Of a DNA stretch of 64,000 bases, positions 41,659 through 53,430 are shown piece by piece (within the stretch, counting starts at the first letter, position 1; the number at the start of each line of letters is the position of its first letter). A program made the position numbers and the translations under genes. The stretch is from Octopus sinensis (lineage: Eukaryota): assembly GCF_006345805.1 (NCBI RefSeq), contig NC_043019.1, positions 31,371,360 to 31,435,359 on the forward strand, in the 5' to 3' direction. A model generated the notes under the pieces. It was not told the DNA's origin. It worked only from the letters and a program-made list of their open reading frames with translations, and did no database searches.

Positions 41659-41800
41659 GATAGAAATAATGGGTTACATACATTTATTTATTTGAAATAG
41701 ACTTGCAGATGTTTCTGATATGCAATGTGTTCATTGATAGGTAATGGGTCCAATGTGGTGCTGAAGAAGAATCATAAACTATTGAGATATGCATACACTC
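41447..41800 (+). mobile_element. Second copy of the 36944-37500 family, flanked by (TA)n
   Basis: cagtggatcat..aaaagaagcacac..gaaaccattggtca..gtgctgaaga..gagatatgcatacac. Confidence 0.65.
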
Positions 41801-42155
41801 TCATTCCCTATTTTTCTGTCTTTGACAGTATTGTTTACATAGATGTATTTGTTTATGAAATGTTCTAACTTTCAGTGCTGATGCTAAATTCCATAGAAAA
41901 ACTGTAGAATTAATTTTAAAAAAGTGATTGAATTGCACTGCTAACACAGATAGAACACAGTATTGACTTATAAGTTTTTAATATACTTGATATTATATTA
42001 TGGTTGCATAATGATGTACAATGTCCCTACCAGTAAGTAATATATGTATATATATATTTATACACTGACATAGACACACAGACACACACAAACATTTACA
42101 TATATAGTTTATAGGTAAATAAATATTATCAAATTTTGTTTACATAGTGTCTTAC

Positions 42156-42174
42156 ACTTGCCCGGACTTCTGTT
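42156..42174 (-). CDS. Putative 19-nt micro-exon ([R]TEVRAS)
   Basis: Donor AGT|GTAAGA; weak AAG acceptor with CACTAAT branch point in a 67-nt intron; restores phase. Confidence 0.3.
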
Positions 42175-42241
42175 CTTTTAATGACAGTTAACTTTATTAG
42201 TGCCTACAACATACTTTGAGTTATTTACTTGCAGCACATAC

Positions 42242-42277
42242 CTGTATATCTTCATACCACAGCCACTATATCTCGAA
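42242..42277 (-). CDS. Putative 36-nt exon ([S]SRYSGCGMKIY)
   Basis: tttcttaattatag acceptor, CAG|GTATGT donor, one open frame. Confidence 0.4.
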
Positions 42278-43084
42278 CTATAATTAAGAAATATCGTTAA
42301 CACTTCTGTCAGTCATACAACTTCAGGTGTTTTAAGTGCAATATATATTTAATAACATATATAAATTTTAATAATATTCTTTCATTTATTTTCTATTGAC
42401 AATTCCCAAAGAAACAGTCTCTCACCACTCACTGAACATTCAACTTTACAATATGATGAATATGTTTATTTTCTTTAAAAATAATAATTCATTTTCTTTT
42501 TCTGTTTTGTATTTTATATATCTATTTATTTATCAGTTTGTTTTATTTTTGTAATATCTATTTTTAAAATATAAAAGATAGCAATATATCTTATAACGTA
42601 TCAATTTCTATGCTTGAATGAAAAGGAGAGAAAAATCCATATTGTGATGCAGTCTTCTTTTTGTCTTAACTTCTTCCACCTCCTATTTACTGACAGACAA
42701 AAGTAATTTTATAAAAAATAATCTCATATATATATTATGAAGACAGATACAATTTATTTTTTTTTTAGTTAATACCTAAATAAAAGACAACATAGAAATA
42801 ACAAGATTTTATACTTAAGAAAGATTTCATACTTTAACATACACAACTAGTTATGTCAAATCTGCATAGTAAATCTGAAAAGATCTATAAAAGATATCTG
42901 AGATCTCAAAATGAATATGTATGTATGTATGTATGTACATATAAATATATATATATATATACACACATATATATATATATATACATATATATACACACAT
43001 ATGCATATGTATATATATATATATATATATAATTGGTGAATTGAAGAAATGGAGCTGAACGCAGATTGAACAGAAATCGTTTTA

Positions 43085-43172
43085 TTTCATTCTACACGTG
43101 TTTCGAAAGGCACAAATTACCAAAATCCGATGAATAATGGGACCATATTGTGTCTTTCTCTTCAGGAAGAAA
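43085..43172 (-). ncRNA. Type-I hammerhead ribozyme (left arm)
   Basis: Minus strand reads TTTCTTC-CTGAAGA-GAAAGACACAA..TTGTGCCTTTC-GAAAC-ACGT-GTA-GAATGAAA. Confidence 0.8.
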
Positions 43173-43660
43173 AAAGGAAATCGTTGGAAAAACAAAAACA
43201 GAACAGAGGCGAGCAAAAAACAAATCGAACTGTGCTCCTAAGAGCCCATGGCGAAACTGTTTATCAGTGTATGTTGAGAACCGGTGGCTGAAGAATTCAA
43301 CGGTCAGGCATCGGTCATCATGTGGGTGAGGGTGTATAGATGTTCTTTGTGACCGAGAATAAAGTCCTGACTATTTAAGGAATATTGGATGTTTTATAAG
43401 GGGCGAGAAAAAATCTACTTTTTTCTCGCCCCTTATAAAACATCCAATATTCCTTAAATATCAGAACTTTATTCTCGGTCACAAAGAACATCTCTCACCC
43501 TCACCCACATGATTGACCGATGCCTGACCCGTTGAATTCTTCAGCCACCGGTTCTCAACATACACTGATACACAGTTTCGCCATGGGCTCTTAGGAGCAC
43601 AGTTCGATTTGTTTTTTGCTCCGCCTCTGTTCTGTTTTGTTTTTCAAACGGATTTCCTTT

Positions 43661-43746
43661 TTTCTTCCTGAAGAGAAGACAAATTGGTCCCATTATTCAA
43701 TCGGATTTTGGTAATTTGTGCCTTTCGAAACACGTGTAGAATGAAA
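43661..43746 (+). ncRNA. Type-I hammerhead ribozyme (right arm)
   Basis: CTGAAGA 43668-74; long stem II; GAAA 43727-30; palindromic loop ACGT; GUA cleavage after 43738; stem I TTTCTTC/GAA(T)GAAA. Confidence 0.85.
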
Positions 43747-44036
43747 TAAACGATTTCTGTTCAATCTGCGTTCAGCTCATTTCTTCAATTCACCATAATT
43801 TTTTAATTTCAATTATCCGCACCAACGCACGGTTGCAACGCCAATATGGTTGTACCTCCACCGTGCTGTTTACTGCTGTGATTTTTGCTACTAAGGTATC
43901 GGTTAAACTTTTGATTAATCTACTACAAGATTATTCATCTTTCTATTTCACATATATATATATATATATATGTATTATATATATATAAATATTATTATAT
44001 ATATATATATACATATATACATATATATATATATAC

Positions 44037-44092
<56 letters not shown>

Positions 44093-44120
44093 TACACACA
44101 CACATACATACATATTCTGT

Positions 44121-44414
44121 TATTCTTTTACTTGTTTCAGTCATTTGACTGTGGCCGTACTCGAGCACCACCTTTAGTCGAACAAACTGACTCCAGGACT
44201 TATTCTTTGTAAACACACTAACATATATATATAGATGTGTGTATATGTGTAAGTATATCAGGCTCCATTCAGTTTTCATCTACCAAATCCACTCACAAGG
44301 TTTTTGTTGGCCCAAGGCTATAGCAGAAGGTACTTGCCCAAAGTGGCACACAGTGGAACTGAACCTGGAACCATGTGGTTTGGAAGCAAACCTCTTACCA
44401 CACAGCCACGCCTA
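44121..44414 (-). mobile_element. SINE family A with internal deletion
   Basis: Reverse complement of the head and of the tail cttgtttcagtcatttgact. Confidence 0.8.
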
Positions 44415-44879
44415 CACTATATATATATATGTGGCACATAAAAAGCACCCAGCTCACTCTGTTAAGTGGTTGGATGGTTGGTTGATATTAGGAAGAATGT
44501 CCACCTACAGAAACGAAGCCACAACAGACAATTGGAGTCTGGACAGCTCCCAGCTTGCCAGCTCCATATCAAATCATCCAATCCATGCCAGCATGGTAAG
44601 CAGACATTAAACGGTGATGATGATGATGATGATCAATAAACAAGCTTCAAATGTGGTCCAATCGACGTGCTGCTTAATTTATGTTTTTCTCCATTTTCTA
44701 ATTATTTGCATTGGTTCCTGACAAACTTTTTTGTTTATCCTATTGTCATCTGTGCTCGATGTAAATGGTGTCCCTACACACCATTGCCTGGGGATAACAC
44801 AGGTAATGGATACTGATAGTATGTACGGATATTTTATCCCCTAGTTGGTTACTACAACCGCTTACTCTCTCTATCTCTA

Positions 44880-44928
<49 letters not shown>

Positions 44929-45030
44929 TCTCTCTCTTTCTCTCTCTCTCTCTTTCTCTCTCTATATATGTGTGTGTGTGTGTGTATTTCGATGAATGGA
45001 TGGATGGATGGATGTTAATTGTTAGTGACA

Positions 45031-46565
45031 AAAGCAGTATTAATATCAAGAAGTAATCTTCATATCCAATTTAACATGGATGCCTTGTTAAATCACCATA
45101 TACTAATTTATTAGCCCTGAGAGATGCCCTCATTTAGGTGTTTGTTGCATAAAGGCACATAGATAGACTGTAACAGAAGAAATTATCTGTCATGGGTGCC
45201 AGAATTCCCATATCATGGGATTTCAGTTTATCAGACCTCTTCAGTGGGAAGCATTGGTCACTTCACATCAGTCAGATATTGCTGCTATGATATTTAGAAT
45301 TTCAACATGTTTTCAAACACTGATGTCGCAAATAGCCAGCAGGCTTATTAAAAATTAATTATTAGCAATGGAAGCTGTATTAATATCAAAAGGTATAAAT
45401 ATCCAACTTAACATGGAAGCCTTGTTAGAATGCTAAATATTGCATTATAATCCTCTTGAGATAGTTACTTGGTGCAGAAAAACACACATAAATTGTAGCA
45501 GACAAGACTTGTTCTGTGATGGGTACTGGAACTCCAACATCACATTATTTCATTCTACTGGAGATCATCAGTGAGAGGTGACCACTCACCACATGTCAGT
45601 CAAACTTGCTGCTAAGATATGTAGAATATCAGCATCTTTCCAGACACTGATGTCACAAACAGCCAGCAAGCTTATTAAAAAAAAATTAATTGTAATTTTT
45701 ACATGCTACTGGTGTAGGAGTGGCTGTGTGGTAAGTAGCTTGCTTACATACCGCATGGTTCTGGGTTCAGTCCCACTGCATGGCACCTTGTGCAAGTGTC
45801 TTCTACTATAGCCTCGGGCTGACCAAATCCTTATAGTGGATTTAGTAGACTGAAACTGAAAGAAGCCCGTCGTACATATGTATATGTATGTGTGTGTATA
45901 TATGTTTGTGTGTCTGTGTTTGTTCCCCCCAACATCGCTTGACAACTGATGCTGGTGTGTTTACATTCCTGTAACTTAGCAGTTCGGCAAAAGAGACCGA
46001 TAGAATAAGTACCTGGCTTACAAAGAATAAGTCCTGGGGTCGATTTGCTTGACTAAAGGTGGTGCTCCAGCATGGCCACAGTCAAATGACTGAAACAAGT
46101 AAAAGAGTAAAAGAGTAAAGAGAGTAATAGAAGCAGTATTATTACCAAAATGTGATCTTTATATCCAACTCGACCTGGATGCCTTGTTAGAACAATAAAT
46201 ACTGCATTTTTAGCCTTGGGAGATCCTCTCATTTAGGGGCTTGATGCAAAAAAAGCACACACATAAATTGTAGAAGATGAAATTTGTCTGTCATATGCAC
46301 CAAAATTTCAATCTATTGGATTTCCTGAGTTGGATGCACTGGTCACCTCACACCAGTCACATCTTGCTGATACGATATTTAGAATTCAACATCTTTTTGG
46401 ATTCTGATGTTGCAAATAGCCCGAAGGATAATTAAAAATTAATCATTTGTAATTAAAGCTGTATTAATACCAAAGGATAATCTTTATATCCAACTAAATA
46501 TGGATGCCTTGTTGGAAAACCATATACTGCATTATTAGCCTTGAGAGATCCTCTCATTTAGGATT
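45031..46565. repeat. Diverged ~330-340-bp tandem repeat (3 full units plus 1 partial) interrupted by a SINE
   Basis: Anchor gc[at]gtatta..tatccaa..tgga[ta]gccttgtt recurs at about 45035, 45374, 46133 and 46457. Confidence 0.8.
45714..46126 (+). mobile_element. SINE family A, full length, young
   Basis: Near-identical to 13223 and 55123 copies. Confidence 0.92.
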
Positions 46566-46699
46566 TGGAGTGGATGCTATTGACTTGTACCCTACCCAAC
46601 ATAAAAAATAATTTGCTGGCCTCATGCCAAAATTAGAAAGAATGCTTATACTAGGATATCTAATTTATAAAAGTCATGCAAAATGTATCGACAGATAAT

Positions 46700-47040
46700 T
46701 TGAAATTTTCAGAATAGATGCCAGTGCCACCTGACTGGCAACCATGCTGGTGGTACGTAATAAGCACCATTCAAGCGTAGATCGGTGCCAGTGCCACCTG
46801 TCTGGCTCCCCAAGCCAGTGGCATGTAAAATGCTCCATCCAAATGTGGTTGATGTCAGTGCCTCCTGACTGGCTCCCATGCTGGTGGCACGTAAAAAGCA
46901 TCCACTACATTCTCGGTGGTGGTTGGCGTTAGAAAGTGCATCCAGCTGTAGAAACCTTGTCACTCCTCAGTCAAACCATCCAATCCATACCAGCATGGAA
47001 AATAGATGTTAAAACAATGATGAGGATGATGATGATGATT
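46700..47040 (+). mobile_element. RTE LINE 3' tail with repeated tgccacctgactggctccc motif
   Basis: tggcacgtaaaaagc..catccagctgtagaaacc..cagcatggaaaa..gatgatgat. Confidence 0.75.
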
Positions 47041-47328
47041 TATGAGCATTTGAGAAAAGTGAGAAAGGAAACGAAAGAATGGGAGATGGGGAGTAGGAAG
47101 AAATTCAGAGATAAGAGAGGAAGAAAAAGATGAGAGAGAAAAAGAGAGGGGGAGAGAGATGTAGTGGAAGAAGGAAGAGGAAGAAAGAAAAAGCAAAAGA
47201 TGATGGGAAACGAATAATGAGTGTAAAAATAAACAAAGTGAAACTGTAGGATGGAGAGAGAAATTGATATTTTTTGACACGTATATACACGTATGTATTC
47301 TTAAGTGTATTTGTGCATGTGTGTATTC

Positions 47329-47403
<75 letters not shown>

Positions 47404-47407
<4 letters not shown>

Positions 47408-47656
47408 TAAAACGGTAAGATAACAAAAGAAAGAAAGAGACCTCAATATTATGTAAATAGAGGAAATTTATCTATACAATAATATGTTACATTACTCAAT
47501 AGTCAAGATCAAACTCGGATTTTCAGATGCCAAAGTGGGAATCCACGACATCTCTTTGGTTATCTGGCTATAACCGAAGAGATGTCGTGGATTCCCACTT
47601 TGGCATCTGAAACTCAGAGTTTTATCTTGACTATTGAGTAATGTAACATATTATTG

Positions 47657-47660
<4 letters not shown>
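47404..47660. mobile_element. Fold-back element in (TA)n with hammerhead-like motif
   Basis: 91-bp arms 47473-47563 and 47570-47660, loop CTGGCT; left side extends about 70 bp in single copy. Confidence 0.75.
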
Positions 47661-47700
<40 letters not shown>

Positions 47701-48859
47701 TTTACATATATAATAGAATAAAAGTAGAGACAGGTAAACAACTGCTATCAGGTGACATTTATGGCATTTATAATTATATGAATGTCATAATCTGACTAGA
47801 TATCATTTGTTTGCTTGTCTATATCTTTATTCTATTATACATGTGTGAGCTCGATTAAAACACTGCATGCAGCTAATCCTTATTTAGGCTGCTATAATAT
47901 CACTGCATTTTAAGTTGCTGTTCAAGTTTAGGCAGGGAGTCGACCTGAGCATTAACCGTGTGTACCTGTTAACTTACACTATCAGCCAAAATATTACTGA
48001 GCATTTAAACTGGACATATCTGGCCAAAATATTCTACCTGTTTCATGTTCAAACTGGCCGGATCTGGCCTCTCACACCAACCCTACAATGTCATTTTAAC
48101 AATTAACAGTTGCCTCATCAATATCTCAAAGCTACAAAACAATGCATGATTAATTCAAAACGATTTGAATAAGTAAGCTTTATATTTGACAGGGCTATCT
48201 GAATGCTAAAAGGTTACACACACACAAACACACACACATACTCTTTACTATATATTATCATAATCATCATTTAGCATCTGCTTTCCATGCTGGAATGGGC
48301 TGGACAGTTTGACAGGTGCTGGCTAGGCAGAAGACTGCCTCATGCTTTGCTGTCTGTTTTGGCATTGTTTTTATGGCTAGATGCCCTTCCTAACACCAAC
48401 CACACCACAAAGTCGACTGAGTGCTTTTTATGTGGCACCAGCACAAGTGGGGGTCAGTTTCAGTATGTTTTTTTTTACAGATGGATGCCCTTCCAAACAC
48501 TGACCACTTTACAGTGTGGACTGGGTGCTTTTATACAGCACCTGCATGGTGCTTTTACATGACACTGGCATGGGAGCTTTTTATGCGGTACCAGCACCCA
48601 AGATTAGGATCGATAAGCTGATAAAAGATGTAGGGGACATGCCTATATGCAAGGACAACTACAATTTTACTTCAGTTGACATATCTTCTCAAGCACAACA
48701 AACCACTAAAAGTCTCAGTTCTTTGACATCCCCTCTGTGAGGCCTGACATCTGAAGATCCTTTCTCGCCCCACATATTCCTGTAGATATTTTGTAAACCT
48801 TGAAAGGTTAAGTCAGCCTCAGCAGAGTTTGAACTCAGAACATAAAGCTATAACATAAA

Positions 48860-48896
<37 letters not shown>

Positions 48897-49584
48897 TGAG
48901 AGAGGGTGCAGGAAAAGAAAATAATGCATAACCTCTTGTTTTTTTTAAAAATATTTATGAAACACACATAAACACAAAATAATGAGTAATTGAAAACAGC
49001 AAACATTGATAATACCTCGAAGCATACAAATTAATGAAGCTTTAAAATCATGTTATAATGATGCATATATATATATACGTATGTGTATCTGTGTGTGTTT
49101 ATACATACATATGTATATAATATGAAACTATTTACATTGCACTATACATTGATCAGTTATATTAATAATCAGTTAATTATCTAAAATATTGATTATTACA
49201 ATATATTTGAGAAACTAATTATGTCTCTTAATCTTGTTTCATGGAACAAACTTTATGATTTTATGTAAATAACAAAATCTGTAATTTCTGCAATGAGTTC
49301 CACTGGGCCAGACATGTTGCAAGTTGGTGCAGTTGCTAAGTGGTATCCAAGACATTGGGAAAAAGCTTCATTATCATAGGAAGATGATTTTGTCAAATGA
49401 TTTGGGCTAAGATGGAAAAGAGGGGTGTGATTAAGAAAGAATCGGAAGTGCATTGTGACCAGCAGTATGTAACAACATCTGATATATATATATTCGCCAT
49501 AATAGATCGGTAGCCATTATCATTCACCATGATAGATTGGTAACCACTACACACATTTTTTTCTCTCCATATTTCTTTCTGTGT

Positions 49585-49708
49585 TCTTTTCTGTGGAAGA
49601 GCATAGGCTCGAAACATTAAAGACTTTTTCACTTCCTAAGCATTATACTAATACATCTGTTTGTTTTCTACACCACCTGTCTACGTCTTTTGTTTTTTCG
49701 TGAATCCT

Positions 49709-49715
<7 letters not shown>
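49585..49715 (+). mobile_element. Short Penelope-type repeat with degenerate minimal hammerhead
   Basis: TCTTTT-CTGTGGA-AGAGC-ATAG-GCTC-GAAAC-ATT-AAAGA; same family at about 5020-5160. Confidence 0.55.
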
Positions 49716-49746
<31 letters not shown>

Positions 49747-50652
49747 TATATATATGCACACACATACACACACACATATATACATATGTTTACATATAGA
49801 TATATATATACATAAATATGTATACATGTACTTTATATACACACAAACACACACACACGTACAATCGGCTTCTTTCTGTTTGTCTGCCATATCTACTCAC
49901 AAGGCATTGGCTGACCCAGGGCTATAGTAGAATAGTTAAAAGATTTGCATGACAATCTTGAGATCTTGGTTTGATTCCACAGCATGGTGTCATGGAGAAA
50001 TGCCTTTTAGTTTAGCCTCAAGTCAACCAAAACTTTGAGAGTTGCAGTAAAGTAGGTTGATAGAAATTGTGTGAGTGACCACCCAATGGGTTGTACCTAC
50101 AATTTAGCCATGTCACATTGCGTAATATTGATTCTTTTTGTATGTTACGTGTCTTTGGAATATTCAGCCATTTAGATGCTGATTAAATAAGCAGGAAGTT
50201 CAGCTGATCTAAAAGATGAATACTTGTCATCGTAATGGATGGAAAGCGATTTATTTCACATTTCAGAGCAGAAATATGCTAGGTGTGGGATTAGAAGAAA
50301 TAAATTCTTCAGAGTTATCATAGCACCCAGTGGAAGATATTAAATTCAGATATTAAAGATATTGGAAGACTTAATAATAAAATGTGTGACAGCAGATGTA
50401 TTGCAGTCATTATTCAAATATCTTTACTCTGTCTGCTTGTCTGTCAAGATGAAAAATCTATTTTCAATTTGACGCTGAGTCGTTGAATTCTTTTGATAGA
50501 AATGCTTTCCTAGGATGGTAAAGTGTGATTTGATGAGAGACTTTGCTGCTGTTTCTTGAAATTGCTAACTAGCACCTGGTCGTTAAAGTCTGTCTTAAGA
50601 GCCATACTTTACAAATATCTAATGGTGAGATATTAAGTATATAATACATTAC

Positions 50653-50678
50653 CTCATATTCTTGTATGAATGAGAAAC
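50653..50678 (-). CDS. Putative 26-nt micro-exon (VSHSYKNM+AG)
   Basis: aataatttcag acceptor and GAG|GTAATG donor. Confidence 0.4.
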
Positions 50679-50840
50679 CTGAAATTATTTTAATTAGGTG
50701 AAAATGATTGGTTTGGTTGAGTTTGATTTGCATTCAGTGGTTGAGTTGAATGCTCAGTGGCTGGTTACTTTCAACCCTGCAAATGTGAAAAAATTAAACT
50801 TCTTTTCATTAATCAACTCTGAGGATATTTCCTATTTCTA

Positions 50841-50986
50841 CAGTCATGGCCAAAAGTTTGGAACATAAATTCTGAAAATTAGAATTTTTATATTAAATGC
50901 CATTATTGTGTATATTTGAATGGAATTGTACTTGGACATAACAATTTCAATTTTTAAAAAAATGTTCCACAATTTGGCCATGACTC
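50841..50986. mobile_element. Tc1-type MITE
   Basis: TA|CAGTCATGGCCAAAAGTTTGGAACAT vs ATGTTCCACAATTTGGCCATGACT. Confidence 0.7.
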
Positions 50987-51658
50987 CTCTTATACATGGC
51001 ATTTCTCATTTGTTGTCTTGTCTCAAAATATGGATGCAGAATGGTAAAGAAGTCTCTTTTAAAAATCCCATGATTTTGGGTTTGATCCTAACCTATGCTT
51101 TCTTGGATAAGTATCGTTTACCATAACTTTGAGTCAATTCAAGTGCTCTGAGTAAAATCAGATAGACAAATTATTTAAACAGTTGCAGCGTGGAAGGTAT
51201 TTGTAAGCCATTTAAGAAGACACAAAACCATTAGTTTCACTTCAACATTTAAATTTAATTTGTATCAAAATATTTTTGTCACTTTGAAGCTACGTGTTCT
51301 CTGAAAAAAAATTAATGCTGCATCTGAGAAAGAAACAGTTCATGATATATATGTATGTACATATGTGTGCATGTATGTATGTATGTATATATGTATGTAT
51401 GTATGTACATATGTATATGTGTACATGTCTATGCATGCATATACACATGTATGTATGTATGTACAGGCATAAATTCCCAAGCGATGAAAATAAAATAAAA
51501 TAAAATTTAAATGCTTAAATTAAACAGGATTTGTGTGTTCTTAAATGGCTTACAAACATCTTTCACACTGCAATTGTTTTTGCTTCAGCACACAATCTCA
51601 GTTCAAGTAATCTCCAGAAATTATTTAAAATCCCATAAAATAAAATACTTCAGCAGTT

Positions 51659-52100
51659 TAACACTTTAGCATTCAGATTAGACCATCAAATGTAATACTT
51701 ATTTAATTTATTCTCATTGTTTTGAATTTTCATGCATTATCTGATAGCTTTGTGATTTCAATGATGTGTTTGTATATATTTATGAATGACATTGCAGGGT
51801 TTGAATGAGAAGCTAGATCTGGTTGGATTGAACATAAAGTGGGTAGAATATTTGGACCTGATATAGCTAATTTAACCCTCCAACATTCAGATTACTCTGT
51901 CAAATGTAATGCCTATTTTATTCACATTGTTTTAAATTAAACGAGCATTATCTCAGAGCCTCCATATTTTGATGATGTGATTGTATATATCTTTAGAATG
52001 ACATTGTTAGATAGGTGTGAGAGGCTGGACCTGGCTGGTTTGAACATCAAACTGGTAGAATATTTGGGCTGGCTATGGCCAACTTAAATACTAAAGAATT
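51659..52100 (+). mobile_element. Two tandem copies of a ~220-bp piggyBac-type MITE
   Basis: ttaac[ac]ct..cattcagatt..agaatatttgg repeated; other copies at 58065-58291 (+) and 47975-48215 (-). Confidence 0.75.
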
Positions 52101-52673
52101 AATGGTGCTGCCTTGTCAAACTAACACTGTCATATTGATTCTGCCTCATGATTACATTATGCATCCATCCATACACCTATGGAATACTCCACCACTTTAC
52201 TCACTTGTTCAAAGTATAGGTAATTCAATTGACCAAATACCAGAATGCTCATCATCCAAACATATCAATTTACTTATCTCAAGAGATGGTTCCCAGTTCA
52301 AAAAGTGATAATTCCATTAATAAGCGAATACGGTGGGGTACTCATATTCAAACGGTTTCCTAACAAAAAAATAAAAAATTGAATAACGAAGAGTTGCTAT
52401 GAAAATATTCAACTCACATACTAGGCTGAAATTTGATCAACAAACCATGGACAGGCTATGTATACCAGCCTGAGAGTGACTGGGGGAGCATATACAAAAA
52501 GGCATGCTGAATGAATAAATTGTATAGCGAACAATTTTCCTAATAAAATTATATAGGAATTTGAGTAAACTATGACCAGACTATGCATGCATAGTCTTTA
52601 ACATGCATGTATGCATTTCATGTAGATTGCAAATTTTCATATTTTATATAGAAAATAATAATATTTCTCATTA

Positions 52674-53123
52674 GCGTAGGAGTGGCTGTGTGGTAAGTAG
52701 CTTGCTTACCAACCACATGGTACCGGGTTCAGTCCCACTGTGTAGGACCTTGGGCAAGTGTCTTCTACTATAGCCTCGGGCCGACCAAAGCCTGTGAGCG
52801 GATTTGGTAGACAGAAACTGAAAGAAGCCTGTTTGTATATATGTAAATGTATGTTTGTGTATATGATTGTGTCTGTGTTTGTATATATATATATAAGTAT
52901 GAGTGTGGATATATTTGTATGTCTGTGTTTATCCCCCCAACATCGCTTGACAACCGATGCTGGTGTGTTTATGTCCCCGTAACTTAGCAGTTCGGCAAAA
53001 GGGAATGATAGAATAAGTACTAGGCTTACAAAGAATAAGTTCTGTGGTCGATTTGCTCGACTAAAGGCGGTGCTCCAACATGGCCAAAGTCAAATGACTG
53101 AAACAAGTAAAAGAATAAAAGAA
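52674..53123 (+). mobile_element. SINE family A, full length
   Basis: Complete head, internal microsatellite and tail. Confidence 0.92.
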
Positions 53124-53344
53124 TATATATTGATAAAAACATAACAATGGATCAGCAGAAGCAAAACGAAGAGAAAACATGCTTGTGCAAACACACACAC
53201 ACACATACACACAGGTATATATATACACACACACAGATATATATATATATTTATATGTACACACACATACAACTATATACATATATATAGGTACATACAC
53301 ATACACACATATATATACAGATAACAACAGATGAATAATGTGTC

Positions 53345-53430
53345 AGTTCACTACAGCTGTTTCCAACGAATTTTTAAGTGATTAATGGATATATTACATT
53401 ATCAGAAAAAACCTTTTTCGTCAGGTAACT
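53345..53430 (-). ncRNA. Type-I hammerhead ribozyme motif
   Basis: Minus strand reads AGTTAC-CTGACGA-(imperfect stem II)-GAAAC-AGCT-GTA-GT(G)AACT. Confidence 0.75.

Larger units (their letters stand above)
43031..43951. mobile_element. Fold-back Penelope-like/retrozyme-like element in (TA)n
   Basis: Inverted arms 43034-43413 and 43419-43795 around a TCTAC loop; right arm continues ~150 bp in single copy; hammerhead in each arm. Confidence 0.8.

Noticed and set aside
42590-42700. Minus-strand acceptor followed by NRRWKKLRQKE (F-box/HMG-like flavour)
   Set aside because: No usable donor before the stop, and too short to assign.
45031-46565. Short ORFs in the satellite units (e.g. MRGSLKANNAVYGFPTRHPYLVGY on minus)
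   Set aside because: The equivalent frame has in-frame stops in two of four units.
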